Assembly: GCA_002269645.1 (NCBI GenBank)
Contig: NIVC01000284.1
Location: 558,001-622,000, forward strand
DNA length: 64,000 nt
Direction: 5' to 3'
Source: Macrostomum lignano
Taxonomy: Eukaryota
In this document: positions 37,891 through 58,459 of the stretch, piece after piece
Layout of the letters: each line of letters begins with the position of its first letter
Numbering within the stretch: the stretch's first letter is position 1
Made by a program: the position numbers and the translations under genes
Notes under the pieces: generated by a model
Database searches by the model: none
What the model saw: the letters and a program-made list of their open reading frames with translations, nothing else
What the model was told of the DNA's origin: nothing

Positions 37891-39425
37891 CCCCATGGGT
37901 AAAGACCACGGGGGTGTATTACAAATACACACGACCCATTTCACGATATCTCGCAAACAGAATTTTCCAATTTTCGTAAAAGTCCACCATATGGATTAAA
38001 ATTTTCCGCCCTTTCCGACGAACTAACTTTCAAAGTCATCCGACGTCAGCATCGTCGAGATATTCAACGATTCTTGTCGAAGACACTGGTGGCAACACTA
38101 CACTGTATAAACCTTTATGGTGAATCCATATTGGCTCAATAATCTGGGTCCATCAGTCGTAGAAGCCTTTGTTCTCAGCATCCTAGACACCAGGGTCTCC
38201 TTCATCTCCGTCTGGAGCATCGGCGGCGACCGTCGGACCTTCAACGAAAGCACCCGATCGGTACTCAGAGACGGCTGCGTTCCCAAAACTGAAGTGGAAG
38301 AATCCTCTTCTGCATGCAGCATTCAGTCAGTAGACACAATCGGTGAATGAAATGGACGATGGCGACCCTCTAGGCTGACCTGTAGACATACAGGCGACCT
38401 TCGGGACCTTCAACGGAGTGCCACCACGCGGCCCCGACGAGCTGGAACCGCTAACATCGTGATTTTTCTATCAAAGCACCAAACCAGGCTTGTCTGCATA
38501 TTATACAATGGTTCTGCACCATGTTAAATCGGAGAGTTACCGATTTCATTGGCGACAGAAAAATATAAAACCGCTTTCTCTTTGTCTATGGCCAAGAGGT
38601 GCCAAGCAGTTGCTCAGAATGAGGAGCAAATGCTCCGCATTTGAGAAATTTCTTTATTCATATGAACATTGAGCAACTGCTCCAGATCAGAGCAGTTGCT
38701 CGAGTTTAAGCTCTTGCTCAATCTCAGAGTTTGAGGTGAAACTCGCCAGTTATTGCTCACTTTATTCAAATGGCCAATAGACACAAAAGCGGAGTCAATT
38801 GTCACTATTTAATTTGGTGTACAACGTGCGCAGTACTGGTGGGGGTGCCAGCTCGTCGGGGCCGCGTGGTGGCACTCCGTTGAAGGTCCCGAAGGTCGCC
38901 TGTATGTCTACAGGTCAGCCTAGAGGGTCGCCGTCGTCCATTTCATTCACCGATTATGTCTAATGTTTGAATGCTGCATGCAGAAGAGGATTCTTCCATT
39001 TCAGTTTTGGGAACGCAGCCGTCTCTTAGACACCGATCGGGTGCTTTCGTTGAAGGTCCCGACGGTCGCCGCCGATGCTACAGACGGAGATGAAGGAGAC
39101 CCTGGTGTCTAGGATGCTGAGAACAAAGGCTTCTACGACTGATATGCATAGTTTGTCGAGCCGACGTGGTTTCATGATGAGATTTTTTGAACAGAAAAAT
39201 TTTGCCAATGTTGGTGGTTTTTGCCACCTGACACCCCGAGGAGAATCGTTGAATATCTCGACGATGCCGATTTTTTGTGATTCTCGAAGTTGCTCCATCG
39301 AATAGAGTGGAAAATTTTTGCCCGTGTTCGGGATTTTCATGGCAATTGGTTGAATATTTTCGGAGATACAGACAAAGGAAAATGTGTGTATTTGAAATAC
39401 ACCCCCATGGTCTTTCTATCTGGGG
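37891..39425. mobile_element. About 1.5-kb foldback element with long inverted repeats
   Basis: Inner arms 38152-38445 and 38848-39143 are near-identical inverted copies. Outer arms (about 37891-38065 and 39240-39425) are diverged but alignable (aaagacca.gggggtgtatt.caaatacacac; gcatcgtcgagatattcaacgattct). Confidence 0.8.
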
Positions 39426-40618
39426 AGACAACAAAGATGGGAGTAAAAATTAGTACAGTAAGGAATCGATAATCTAATGGAATATTTTGTATTTCATGGA
39501 ACTTACAGAAGGCTGCAGTGTGGCTGAATCTAGCCAACCGAGACGCGAGTGGACGAAGTGATTCTGCTGAGAACTTGTCAACTGACGTTGATATACAGCT
39601 CATGTATGCTATATTTATATATTCCTTCCATCATTCTACGCAATTTAAAAATAGAAAACTGATATTTTATCACCGCGCTATTTTTAGAAACACAGCAAAC
39701 TGAAACTGAGCCAGATGTACGCACAGAATTCACACAGAATGCAGAATCGAGCAATTTTTTAAAGTCGAATTAAAACTCGTGCGCACTACTTTTGTTGTGG
39801 AACTATGGCCGGTAGTATCAACTAACACCACGTCAATAAGATACCAATAGCAGTTGCGAATACTAACGTTAGATCGTGTCTCTAAGCACAAAAATTGGTC
39901 AATCAAGATGAGTCTGTTCTTATAAAAAGTCAAAACGTGAATCTTATATACGCTCGTAACACCGAAACAGCGTCTATTCGCATCATCAAACACTGGGTTG
40001 AGGATCTTGCTGTCATCTCAATGTAACTTATGCCCAAAGAATGCGCGCTCTCTGACTCTCCCCGCGTTGGCCATGGCGTTGTCAAACAGCCGGTGGGGGG
40101 CCTCCTACTGAACTGGGCTGTCTGGGTCTCTCAAACTGCGCTAAAAGTTGTCGTTCTATCAAGACGAACACTTGAGTCGCGTTCGATAGATAATTTATTT
40201 TAAGGCCCGATTTAGAGAGATAGAAAGTCTAAATTTTACCGTGCGTACGTACGAAGTGCAGATTTCAGTAGTTAATCCACTTTAAATTCAGGAAAATGCC
40301 ACTGAAGACTCGTTGGTTCGAACTGGGAAAATTTTGAAGCAAATTTTTCGCTCGTTTTATCCAGTTTCAGCCTAATTCGTTTCCGAAAGACACCTGCATT
40401 TCGATGATCCAGATTAGTGCAAGAAGTTCAAGAATCGGCCAAAAGTTTTGAGATGCAACATTTGAATATTTATTTGCCACTGCCAACAGTGTGGACTATC
40501 TACAGGGGCAGAAATCGGAGCAGCGAATTTCGATCTTCTGGTTACTCGATTGGTAAGTTAATTGTATCTCACTCAACTGGTTCGAGGTTTGATAATGTCT
40601 TCAATTAATCATATATAC

Positions 40619-42099
40619 TCAAGGTGTATCCTCGACCAGGCACTCGACAGTTTGCATGGAGTAGTCCATGTCGAGCGGGGTCGTGGAGCCGTCGTAGAAA
40701 TAGTACAGAGGTGAGTAGCTGGAGTCGAAGCCCGGCGGAAACGGAGGCGCATAGTAGATTCCGTTGGGGTTGAAGGAGTTGCAGTAGCCGTACCACCAGC
40801 CAGCCGAGCGCAGGGAGGCGCAGTTCACTGCAGCCACGTCATTGTCCTGATCAGGAGTGGAGAACTGAAAGTTGTGGATATTCCACATAGAGCCGCGGTT
40901 GTACTGGGGCACGCTGGACCTGCTGGCATCGAGTGGCCCGATCCTGACTCGGTAATTGTCGGCTGAGCCAGCTACCGTGAAGTTGGGATTCTCCGTCCAG
41001 TACCAGTTGCCGTCCCAGTCGCCGAACTCAAACCGGAGTCGCCGAGTGCCGTCCAGAGTCAGAAGGTGCAGCGGCTGCAGGCCCATCCAGAAGTTGGCGT
41101 GCTCGGTCTGGCCGAAGCCGCTGACGTACGCGGCCCAGTTGCGGTTGAAGCTCAGCGAGCCGTCAACCCTGTGCTGGAAGGTTCTCCAGCAAGTGACGCG
41201 ACTCTGAGATGCTCGAATCTGCGTTAGATGATAAAGCGAACGGATTCGACAGTAAGATGGCTCGAATGACCAGCTAAAGTCCAGGTGAGATATTGCCTCC
41301 TTTTACTTTAGTTTTCCATGCAGTAAAAAATCCTAACTTCGAATGCTTCCAAGAATCAAATGAAGTCAATGTGCAAACTCGAGATTAAAATCGGACTGTC
41401 CAATGAGTTCTCTTCGATTGAAACTTTTGCGTCCTGGACCTGATGCTACAGTGGTCCTTAATTTTTTTAATAGAGCGAAATTTGTTCATTGGAATAGCAG
41501 TTGTAGCCCCCGTTGGGGAGACAACAAAGAAAAAAATACCCAAAAAGCTCCTTATTAAAAAACGTAATGCTATGCTTACTTTCTTAGAAATTAAATGTGC
41601 AAAAAGCAGGAAAGAAATAGGTCTGATATCAAGAATTATCAACTTTGAGCCTTGATATCTCAGCTAGAATTGCTCGCTAAGTCTCTAATTAATATTATCA
41701 TGTTTTGTTTCGGTATCTCAAAGAAAAGGCAGCTGGAGTGTGCTTGTTCATCTCATCATCAAGTTTTTGAAGGCGAGAACTGGAAACTCGGTGAGTCGAA
41801 CTCACCCAGACGGACGGCGGCAGGTCCGGTTGATTGAAATGCCGACATTTCTGACAGCCCAGCCGGCCCTTCGGGCAGCTCATGAGGCTGCACAGCCCCG
41901 TCTGCTCAGCGAACAGCACGGCGTCGGTGTCGGCAGTGGCAGCAGTCAGGCACTCGATGAGCTTACTGCTGGGGAAAACTTGCAGAGTTCGGTACTCAGT
42001 CAGGTTGAGCTGCACTCGCCGCCAGATTGCGCTGCCGGCAGCATTGAGACGATGAGCTGTCACGCCAAGAAGCAGGGAGATCAGAAGCAAGTGGCGCAT
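40619..42099 (-). CDS. Secreted lectin-like protein: signal peptide + PAN/apple-like region + fibrinogen C-terminal (FReD) domain, about 292 aa
   Basis: Exon 42099-41806 (MRHLLLISLLLGVTA...; donor TGG|gtgagt) and exon 41203-40619 (TFQHRVDGSLSFNRNWAAYVSGFG..FWMGL..LHLLT..FSTPDQDND..NCA..AGWWY..C..NPNG), both phase 0. Confidence 0.85.
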
Positions 42100-42296
42100 G
42101 TTTTGTCGCTTTTCTGTGACAGAAGTCAGTCAAGATTTAGGGATGATTCGCTTGAAATTTCTCTTCTTTTATGAAGTGTAAATTTAATTAGCAAATTTCC
42201 AATCAGTGAAATTGGTCGTCAATTAGTGGGTATTTTTTCATAGACCTATTTTGCTTGAATTCTGATTTCTATTACTATAATTGGTGTGAACATTTT

Positions 42297-42581
<285 letters not shown>

Positions 42582-43189
42582 AAGTAGCAGATTGAAGTGT
42601 TCAATTACGCTAATCGACAGTCAATCAGTGACAATTGCTTGGGCCTACTGTTTGGGAAATTTTTAAATTAAGCAATGCCTACTGAGGACACTGCGGGTAC
42701 CCGCAAAACAAAATGGTCGTTTCAATTAAATATCCCAGCTTTGTTCATTTGGTGAAAGTCTTTTTTCATTTTTAAATTACAATTTTTCTGACGGCGTTCT
42801 ACAAGTAATCTGGTTCTGCTCTCGGTAGTCAGCTACGATGATTGTTTTAATTCCGTGTATGAAGGCATCATTCGCGATACACTGCTGTCAAAAATATTTA
42901 TCAAAAAGATGTTGCCGCCAAAAATTGATTATTTGGAATGGGGACTGCTTTTAAAGCTTGAAAATATTCAATGTAATTTTTTGTGGGCAGAGTCGTGATG
43001 GCGGAATCGAGTTTCTGTGCGCCAGTCCTTCCAGTATTGATTTCGGTGGGGTCGTTTTGCAATCCCGAAATTTTCATTTTTCGTCTTGTTAAGCTTCTTT
43101 TTGTTCAACCTACGCCCAGAAGGATCGTTTCCTTGAGTTTTAGGATTCATTTTGTATATTTTTATCTACAAAAAGCTCCGTGTAGATAA

Positions 43190-43410
43190 AAGGCTGCGTA
43201 CGGCTGTTCAATCCAAGGACTGGGGGGTCGACACACACACCCTCAATTACCCAGCTAATGCTGGCACCCATTTTACAGCTGGGTGAACTGAAGCAATGCA
43301 GAGTTAAGTGTCTTGCTCAAGGACACAAATTATTCCGAGTGGGTTGAGAATCAAACCTCCGACCTTTCAAGTCCGACGCTCCAAGTCCAACGCTTGGACC
43401 ACTAGGCTAG
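43190..43410 (-). mobile_element. tRNA-derived SINE with Nin/Deu-like core domain, family 1
   Basis: Reverse complement aligns with 51817-52028. A-box-like TAGCCTAGTGG, B-box-like GGTTTGATTC, core tgtgtccttgagcaagacacttaactctgcattgcttcagttcacccagctgtaaaatgggtgcc. Confidence 0.8.
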
Positions 43411-44072
43411 ATTCTTTTAGTTTCAACTCTTAGCAGCTATGAATTGGGTAATATGAAACGCCTCAGTACTGTTTCGGTTTGTGAAGTCTCCAATCCCTTC
43501 AGTCTATTTTATAGTTGTGAAATTTAGTGTTGATAAATGCGACCTTTTCGTTAGCCTACGTTCGGCAGGTGAAAGAATGTTGAAATTGTTAGGGTTGGTC
43601 ATGCGACTTTATGCCCGAAAGAGACGCTCCAGACGTTGATCCGCAATGGGAAAACCAACATTTAACTGAAATTTATCCATTAAGCATTGAATAAAAGATG
43701 TGTTTCAATTATTTTTTTTCTTTGGTCTGATGCAAATCCAGTTTGAACACCAGCTTCAACCTTGACCTGCTGGTGGTGGCCGCGAAGACGACAAAAAACC
43801 TGATGGCACGATTTCAAGTTGCATGCTCGTCAGACGAAACGGACCGGAAAACAGAATCGGAGCCTCGTACTTGTGAGATGTCAAGCCTTGAGAGAGTGGC
43901 TACTATCATGGCTCCCATAAAGAATGTAAGTTAACAAACCAACGCATATGTACATGCTTAGGCAGTAAAAATATCAAAAGTAAAGACGGTCTCCAGCTGT
44001 GTTAAAATAATCTTATACGATTATGGAGTGTGTTGCGTCTATGTTAGAATTATTTGAAGGTCCCAGAGGCCG

Positions 44073-44375
44073 TCAATCCGACCCAGAAGCAGTCCTGGCC
44101 TGAGCGCCTCGCATCACGTGATTCTCCAGCCTAGGCAGCCTCTCCGGCTTGGATTCATCGCACAGGCTCGGATAATTGAACAGCGGCTTCGGCTGAGCGG
44201 CGGCCGGCTGCTTTTCGTTGTGCTGATTCTCGGCGGACGGCGAGGAGGACTCAGGCGGCTCGGACTTCGCCGCCGCTGATTGAGCAGCCGCCACTTTGCC
44301 TTCCCTGACGCGCCGGAATTTGCGCACGGCTTCCTGGCAGTGCTCGCACTCGCACGACGACGTGGCAGGATTCAT
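44073..44375 (-). CDS. Small hypothetical protein or exon, about 100 aa
   Basis: GC-rich ORF MNPATSSCECEHCQEAVRKF... with coding-like composition. No recognised domain. Confidence 0.3.
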   Translation of the reverse strand: MNPATSSCECEHCQEAVRKFRRVREGKVAAAQSAAAKSEPPESSSPSAENQHNEKQPAAAQPKPLFNYPSLCDESKPERLPRLENHVMRGAQARTASGSD

Positions 44376-45349
44376 GTTTCTCTGTTGGTCTTCTCGACAC
44401 AAAGATATTTGTTTTACTGGCTTATGTTGCTGTTGACGTTTGATTCCGAGCTGTTGAAGAATGCGGTTGCACATGCAGCATGCCGTGAGGGCTAGGCTAA
44501 TCAAGTACTCTGTGATGCTGGGATGCAGCTGATTGCAGCTCTGAGAAGTCTATGGTAAGTGCAGCGGATGGATAAACCAAAGCATGAAGTTCTCGCATGC
44601 CTCGAAAGCTATGCAAATCGTTATCAATACGTAAACTTCGAAGAACCAAAGAAGTACTCACAAAATGCCTATCATGTTACTTTCAGTAGGCACGTGTGCT
44701 GAACTATTTTGTTTGCCAATTATTTATTAAGAATTTTGCAACGCTTTAACATTACGAGTTCTCCAACATCAGGAAAGATGCTCTTACTCGTACTTACGCG
44801 CTCGTATTGGTGTGAATTTAGTGATATTTTTCACAGTTTAAAATTACACAATACTGATTTAGACATTCTGAAGACTCACGCATTGCATAGTGTATAATGC
44901 ATGACGGTTTGGTTGTTCTAGTGTTTCTTTCTGTTGTCTTTGTTGTTATTTTTTGTTTTGCTGTCTTCTGTGCAACAACATCTTGTTCTAAAGTTGAACT
45001 ACTATAACGTATAACGTCTGCTCCAATCTAGGAAGCTGTGATGTTTTTGTTTTAATGTTTGTTTTACCGCATTCCGCTGTTCTGTCACTTTGAATCTCCT
45101 AACCTGTTCGACAGCTCTTGTACTGACAGCCAATCACGAACAGCGTGCCTCACCCCTTATTACTGACAGCATAAAATTTCCAGAAGATAATTGGCCGGGA
45201 CAATGGATGACAAAGCAACTGGATTCATCCAATCAACGCAGTTCTCTAGTTTTTACAAAATCAGTCTAGCTAAAAACTACTCTACATCCTCGAATGGCCA
45301 ACTTTCTGGGGTAGTCATACGGAGAAATTTGTTTAAAAGTGGGATAAAA

Positions 45350-46102
45350 ATGCTCAACAGCCTTGTTCTACACTTCATGGTTGCCACGAGCACCATTGTC
45401 TTGCTTCTCTTTGCTGCTGAGGGCGGCAACTTGGCCCTGAAATTCACCAAGTCCAACAGTGACAGCGCTGTCGCTCCGCTGGATTTCGCTTCTCTGCCCG
45501 GACCCAACAAGATCAGCTGCGGCTTCATGTGCGGCCTCAGGCCGGGCTGCTTCGGCTTCTACTGGCTGCTCGGAGCGTATCGGCTGTTTGACATGCAGGC
45601 GTTTTACGATGCCAGCGCCTGGGTCAGCACCGGCAAGTGCGACGTCTTCGTAATAGGTAGGCTTCGTTTAAAATTCTGCTTGAATTGAAGTTTACCAAGT
45701 CTTCAAGATCTTATTGTATGTAACTAAGTTTAATCAGCCGATTTCAATTTTCATGCCTTTTCGACCCGAATCCAGCTTTGGAGAAGCTGCAGATTCTCGA
45801 CTGCGACCAGAGTTCGAGCTCAGGACAATGTCTTCCAGCGGGCCATTGACGGCAACACGAACTCGAGTTTGCATGCTGGTTCCTGCACTGGAAACAACAT
45901 GAATGAGTGGTGGGAGGCCGTCCTCGCCGCCCCGTCATTCGTGTCCTTCGTCACCATCCACAACAGGCAGGACTGGTGCTCTGACAGATTCAACACTTTC
46001 GATCTCCTCGTTGACGAGTCCGAATGCAAGCAGGTGAACGTCAGCGTGGCGTTCTCCGTGGCCAACTTCACCTGCGGCGCGTTCGGCGTTGCTTCCGTGT
46101 GA
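45350..46102 (+). pseudogene. PAN/apple + F-type lectin paralog, degenerate
   Basis: Exon 45350-45656, intron, exon from 45776. Same intron position as the 56943-57779 gene. Frameshift near 45830, apple Cys to Tyr, lectin His lost (CTGN versus CSHT), RQDWC versus RQDCC, C-terminal strands missing. Confidence 0.7.
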
Positions 46103-47344
46103 TGCCGCGGACATGCGATGATTTGATGAATTCGGTAATCCATCGAAGAGCAGATAATTCGTTAACAAAAACATTTGCTGCATTTTCGAGATTCATCAAG
46201 CAACACTGGCTGTACCGACACGTGGCTTAATTTAACTGAGAGCAATTTAATTAACTTAGAAGCACTGCGGACACCCTTTGGTCCGAACAGAAATAGTGTT
46301 AGAATTAAAACAGCCACTCTACAGTTTTTTGTTGCAAAAATTCAATTCACGAAATTGAATTTTTCATTTTTTACTAGCAAAAACTGCAATTTTGCTCCGA
46401 ATATATTTTTGCAGTGATTTTTCAAGAATGCGCCCGTAGAAACAATTAGACAGAAGTGGAAATTTGCTTCTGATGCATTTTTCTGAACCTTAGTGCCTTA
46501 AGGGCCTTGGTGCCCTAATGGGTTGGCCCTAATGGGTTGGCCCTAATGAATTTCATTTTTCGCTGTTCAATACTGTAATTATAGACTTCTGTTGTGGATG
46601 AGTCGTCCTGCATTTTTACCAAAGCCGAAAGACAGACCAGCGAGATGAAACAGTTTGTTAAAACAAATGTAAAACTGAATGTGACGCTGCTCAGATTCAG
46701 TCACTAAGTGTCAAAACCGAAATTTATTGAAGCTTACTTAAAGAGTAAGTTGATAGGTGGCTACTGTAAGTAATAAAAACAGAACTTCGAGTACTTCTTA
46801 GTGAGCTAGTAGAAAACAACTAATTGGGCTATCGGTGATTTGCATGCAGGTGAGCAAATTCTGTCAATTGAGAGAAACACAATTCTATTGCTTATTTAGA
46901 GGCTTAATTATGCCTGAAAAATTCCAACATATTTAAAGTATCAATCAATGGACTCTTAAGGCTCGTTCGAGCAGCTATCAAATGAGACCAATTTTCGGGC
47001 GATCAAACGTCCTGTTCAATTTTTTGATGGTTCAGCTGATGATGCCTTGCAAACTAGTACTTGGTGGTTTCTTGTATCAAGCCATTTTTCATCCTGGGAG
47101 CACAAAGAGGGGATATCCGGCGTTTTAAGATACCAATGACAGTCGACTTGGTCCAGAGCGTTACTCCGGGCTCCATTTTAAGGGGCGTAAGTTGACATCC
47201 TTGGCTGCGGCCGACAAACAACAGCATATTGTTGCACAATGTGACAGACTGTAGCATAAGAATCAATGTGTTGTTTTACAAGCAGTAGGCAACTTTGATC
47301 TACAGTACACAATATCCCGAAAAGGTATCTCGGCTACGCATAGT

Positions 47345-53543
<6,199 letters not shown>

Positions 53544-56500
53544 CTGTTAGCAGATGGAATTAGTTGGTAGCTGAGACTACTCAGACCTTATCAAATTGAA
53601 AATCAACTCAGATATTTTGGATTCTTGTTCGAATGTCTCGAAAATTCATCTGAGACCCAGCTGCTGCTAATTATGAGAGAGATTTTCTGCCTGTTCCGAT
53701 TTTGAAAGAGGATTCCCTTTGAGGGCGTAAGTTATTAGTCTTTTAAACTAAAATTCACGCCTAGAATAAAACTGATAATCAGTGTCATATTCAAGATTCA
53801 GCAAAACGTGTCATCTAGTACAAGCGGTTCGTGTAGAAATATGTTTCGGCAATCATGGTTTTTGCATTCTCTTCTTTTTCACTTCCATACAACCTTTTTG
53901 GTTCTTGTAACTGACCTTTGCGCAAATTTCATTTGATGCCAGACAACAACAAAGTCAATAGTAAACAAAGTATTCAAAATGGTGCATCAGTAAACAGTCG
54001 GGCCGTATTCAACAAGCACATCCTGAAAGTCACGCGCCGTCTGATTTGAGTGGAGTTAGTTGCTGGACTGGCTAAAAAAGCAGATTGCAGCTCCACGGAT
54101 GACGCTGCTTTGGAGAGTAACAATTCTCAGCCGTGAGCGTTGGTGCCGGAAGGGGGCGATAATTCGGTTACGACACATTCAATTTCTCATTTCCCGCGCC
54201 TGGTTTTGGAGAAGCGAATAGTCAGGAACCGGACTGACGAGACCCCCTGCAGGAGGACGGAATGAAGGCTGGGAAAGCTAGAGAGCCGTCCAGCTGGGAC
54301 GGAAGGAACTTCGGGAGCAAAAGTATTAGAGAAATGGGAAGGAAATTGCCCGGGGGAGGGCGGGCAGACGGATCCTGGAGTTGGAGCACAGCAACCAGAC
54401 AGGGAGTGGGCAGAGAGATGCACAAACAGTGAGCCAAAGAAAGTATTAACTTCAAGGAAGTGAATTCTTTTCCAGCAAAGCTCGCAGTGTTTATTCTATA
54501 GCTCCAATTTCAAAATGTGAGTACATGATGTTGGCGGAATTCCTGCTTTGGTCTCTAAACTTCTTTTGCTGGTAGACAGTTCCGTCGACTGTCCCATGAT
54601 CTTTCAATTGAGTATTTAATAAAAGAAATTTGTCACACTGGCTTTACCTCACGCGATGTGTTTTTATTAAACTTAATTCTTTTTTTTCGCAAAGTATTTG
54701 ACAGTCTGTATTGAATAATTTAGGTTTAGATAAATTTGTTGGGGTGTTAAAGAATGGATTACACTACAGAATTATTTATTAGATGCGTTCTACGGAGCAG
54801 CGGGAGACGATAGGTAGCTTTTTTAAAAGTTTATTTCCCTCGTGGTGGTCCAGAAAGCAACCATATATTTTTGGTACTCATCGTAGTATAATCGTCCAGC
54901 GGGTGTCCCAAAACAAAAAGCTTTTTATTTTACTTGACTCTGTTCGGCAGTCTTACCCCCTGATCTATACATATGCAACGCTCTCTCCCGGTAGCGAGAA
55001 CTTGCTTTAACATAGCATCTGTCTCTGGCGTAAAGCGCGATCCGGAAACTGCTGCCTGCGGTCTTCATCTCATTTTTGCTATATCATCAAGGGCTGTAGC
55101 TCCTGTTACCCAATGCACGAATCGAGTGCGGTTTTCGACAGATAAAATTTACTGATGTTGTATGTAGATCCCCTTTATTGACATGTAAAAGCTAGTTGAA
55201 GATGAATAGATGAATATTCTTCAACGTTTTCTGCGGCCCTAGTTAGCACTGTGCGACCTGTAACTGCGTAAGTTACACCTGTGGCCGACCTCATTGCAGA
55301 TGTATAATACATTTTAAGCAGAACATCATTAAAATTCTCCTACCATTCTAATTATATCAAAGAGACTCTAAGGATTCAAAAGCTGTAAATAATTATATGA
55401 CACGGTTCGAAGTGGGATAATTTAGGCTCTGATACAGTTCAGAGAACATTAAGTCCTATATAAATGTGTTCTTCGATGCTAAAAGGCTTGTCTTTTTCCA
55501 ACAAAGATCTGACCTATCAAGCATAAAATAAAAGTGAAAAAAATATATTGTCAACCTGGCCTTTTACCCGCACTATGTATCTGTCAACTTGCGTCACTAT
55601 GAAGTGTCTATGGTCTGGCCCTTACCACAGGACAAGTTATCAAGTTGTCCTTGTTCCACACACAGTACAGTCAAACCATAGACTAAAGGCACAGCTGCTG
55701 TCTATGGTAATCGAGAAATATTCATAGTTGATCCTGGAGTTACAATAAACATCATTCCCTTTTGTTGCCTATTCCATGTAGCTGCTGCATGTTCAGTTAG
55801 GAATAGGAATTAGGAATAGCTGCTTAAAAGAATATCTATGGTAAACAGCATATACCACCCCCACAGGAACAGAGATGATTCAAAGCCCAATCCGACAGGA
55901 AGATCACAGGCTGAGAAGTTTTAAATTATATTCTTAGCTTGCTGATATCTGCAAAATTGTTTTTATGTAGAATATTCAACATCAGCCTCTTACCAAACAG
56001 CGTGCAGCACTGCAGACAAATAACTAAGAAAGCTGTCCAACAAACCGCAAGATAGAGGAACATTTGTAGAATTTTCATTTTGCAAAAGCAACAATTTTAA
56101 TGCTCAACGGAATTAATTAAAGGTGCTTTCAACTAGAAGCTTTAAATTTATTGACAGCAGTCTTTAATCTTCAGCGATTGGTTTATTTTTCACGGAGTTC
56201 CCACCGTCCTGTCTCTGTCTGTCTATTGCTAAAATTTTGTGTATTTAGCTGCAGTCTTCAGCCAATCGGTTGAGTTTTGGGCATCGTCCAATCAGGTTAA
56301 AGATCGAGAAGCGGAGCAGCTGTTAAATGCGTCAGAATAATGATTGCAAAGCACAGAAACCGACAGTATGGCCTATGAAACTTAAAGCAGTTTTTTATCT
56401 ATATTCTCATGACCATTTCGGGCCTGCACACGGACAAACAATTTAAATAAATTGCCAATCCAGAAACAATTTTGTGGCAGCAGTTTCGACCGACAGCAAC

Positions 56501-56942
56501 ATTGATCAGGATCTGAACTTGCTGGTCATTGATTTTTCTTATTCATTTTCTGCCAAGTTGACTTTTCTTTCTTGAAATTCCTTCAGAAAAAGTAGGAGAG
56601 TCAAAAGTTGTTTATTGGTAGTCGTATTGAGGAGAGTTTGACTATAGATGTACATCCTTCATAACCCATGTCCCATTACAATATTTCTGAGTTTGAATAA
56701 ATGGAACTTGATTGACCAGCCTCGTAAAGCCGACGTCAAATTAAGTGGCAGAAGGGAAAAAGAAGATCGAATTCTCTGAATTTCTTCTTGATAAAACGTT
56801 TAGAAAACATGGAAAATAGCAGCAGGTGATTATGACACAGACATTCGAATCTAGATGTTTATTTTGTAACCCACTTGTTAATTAGTATGGTATTTCACTG
56901 AGCATTCCGTGATCCAACACTGAATTTCTCAGAATTCCTCGA

Positions 56943-57779
56943 TCAGAAGAAGCCGTAGGCCATGAACTCGCAGATTGTCAGAGCCTGTGGCGGGTCGCTG
57001 CGAGCCACAACTCGGACCCGAGAGCCGAAAGCGCCGCAGGTGAAGTTGGTCACGGAGAACGGAGCGCTGAGCCTCACCTGGTTGCACACGGACCCGTCAA
57101 CCAGCAGGTCGAACTTGTTGAGCCTCTCAGCGCAGCAGTCCTGCCTGTTGTGGATGGTGACGAAGGACACGAGAGACGGGGCGGCGAGGCCGGCCTCCCA
57201 CCACTCGCTAGAATTGAACTGAGTGTGAGAGCAGGAGTCGGACGAGAGGACGAGAGACTGGCTCGTGTTACCGTCGATGGCTCTGTTGCATGGGTAGAAC
57301 CATGTCGGACTGGTTGAGCTCTGGCTGCAGTCCGCAACAGGCAGCTTCTTGAAATCTGATCGAGAGACAATAAATGTATCTACTCATAAGATACAATCAA
57401 TGAGTTTACAGAAGCTGTTGTTATATTAACAAAAAAGAACCAAAGTGAGCGAAAGCACCAGAAACGCACCCAGCACGAAGACGTCGCACTTGCCGGTGCT
57501 GACCCAGGCGCTGGCATCGTAAAACGCCTGCAGGTCGAACAGCCGACACGCTCTGAGCAGCCAGTAGAAGCCGAAGCAGTCCGGCCTGTGGCTGCACATG
57601 AAGCCGCAGCCGCGCTCGCAGAGTCCGGGCTGCGCAAGAAACTCTGGCGGAGCGACAGCGCTGCCCGTCCTGGCCACGGTGAACTGGACAGCCGGCCTGG
57701 GCACCTCCGCAGCTGCGACAGCCAGAAGCGCTGCGAGACCGCAGAGGAAACTTATCCAGATGATGATGTTTGACTGCAT
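56943..57779 (-). CDS. Secreted PAN/apple + F-type lectin (fucolectin) domain protein, 240 aa, intact
   Basis: Exons 57779-57470 and 57355-56943 (723 nt). Signal peptide; apple-like CGFMCSHRPDCFGFYW..CRL; F-type lectin AIDGN..CSHT..WW..VTIHNRQDCCAERL..LTICEF with the His and RxDxxxxR fucose-binding motif. Confidence 0.88.
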
Positions 57780-58459
57780 CCTTGATGTGCTTTCTGTAGC
57801 GTTTCAGTTGCCCAGTCGATTTTTCAGGCAAAGTAATCTAATGTGCGGCAATCCAGTCTCAACTGCAGCAGGTGAAATTCGGATCATTCCACTTGTAAAA
57901 CGTCTCTTTAAATACCATGTCAGTAGAGTTTCTGATTAAAGTGATGGTGAGTCACTAACGCAAGCTAATGGCTTGCTAAACACAAAAGGAGTTGACAGTT
58001 TTGGTAGTGTGAGCTAGCAGCGTCGGTCGGCTTCAATGTTGGACTGGCAAACCAAAAGTAAAGCTATACATTTCTCTGCAATTTGCTTTTAGTCGATGCG
58101 GACACGAGACAGCTGGTTCTCACTGTGCAGCTGTAAATCAGGCCTTTCCTTCCACATGCTTTCAGCTAGCAATGCAATTATAAGGAGGTAGTTTAATTCC
58201 CTAAGCGATTTTGCGTGACTGACACATTTCCAGCAACCGAGATCGATCGTCAAAGTTTGCTCAGACTGGGAGTACTATTGCATCGCATAGCTTTCATCTG
58301 AGACAACTACTGTATAGGTACTTTATGCAGATGGAGGTACTGCTTATTGAGGATGCTTGTCCAGCGTGGAGACAGCATTCGTTGCATGTTTCTGGTTGCA
58401 TCTGAGGTGTGGAGCACACGATGCATTTTTAGTTGCCGCAGAATGCAGTAGTATATATA

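Noticed and set aside
43980-43993. 14-nt match (gtaaagacggtctc) to the start of the Macrostomum spliced leader as I recall it
   Set aside because: The match does not extend, there is no donor or Sm site after it, and the reference sequence is from memory.
53910-53990. Candidate signal-peptide exon of the nAChR (ILCLLLTLLLSGI, phase-1 donor)
   Set aside because: Two in-frame TGA codons and no in-frame ATG.
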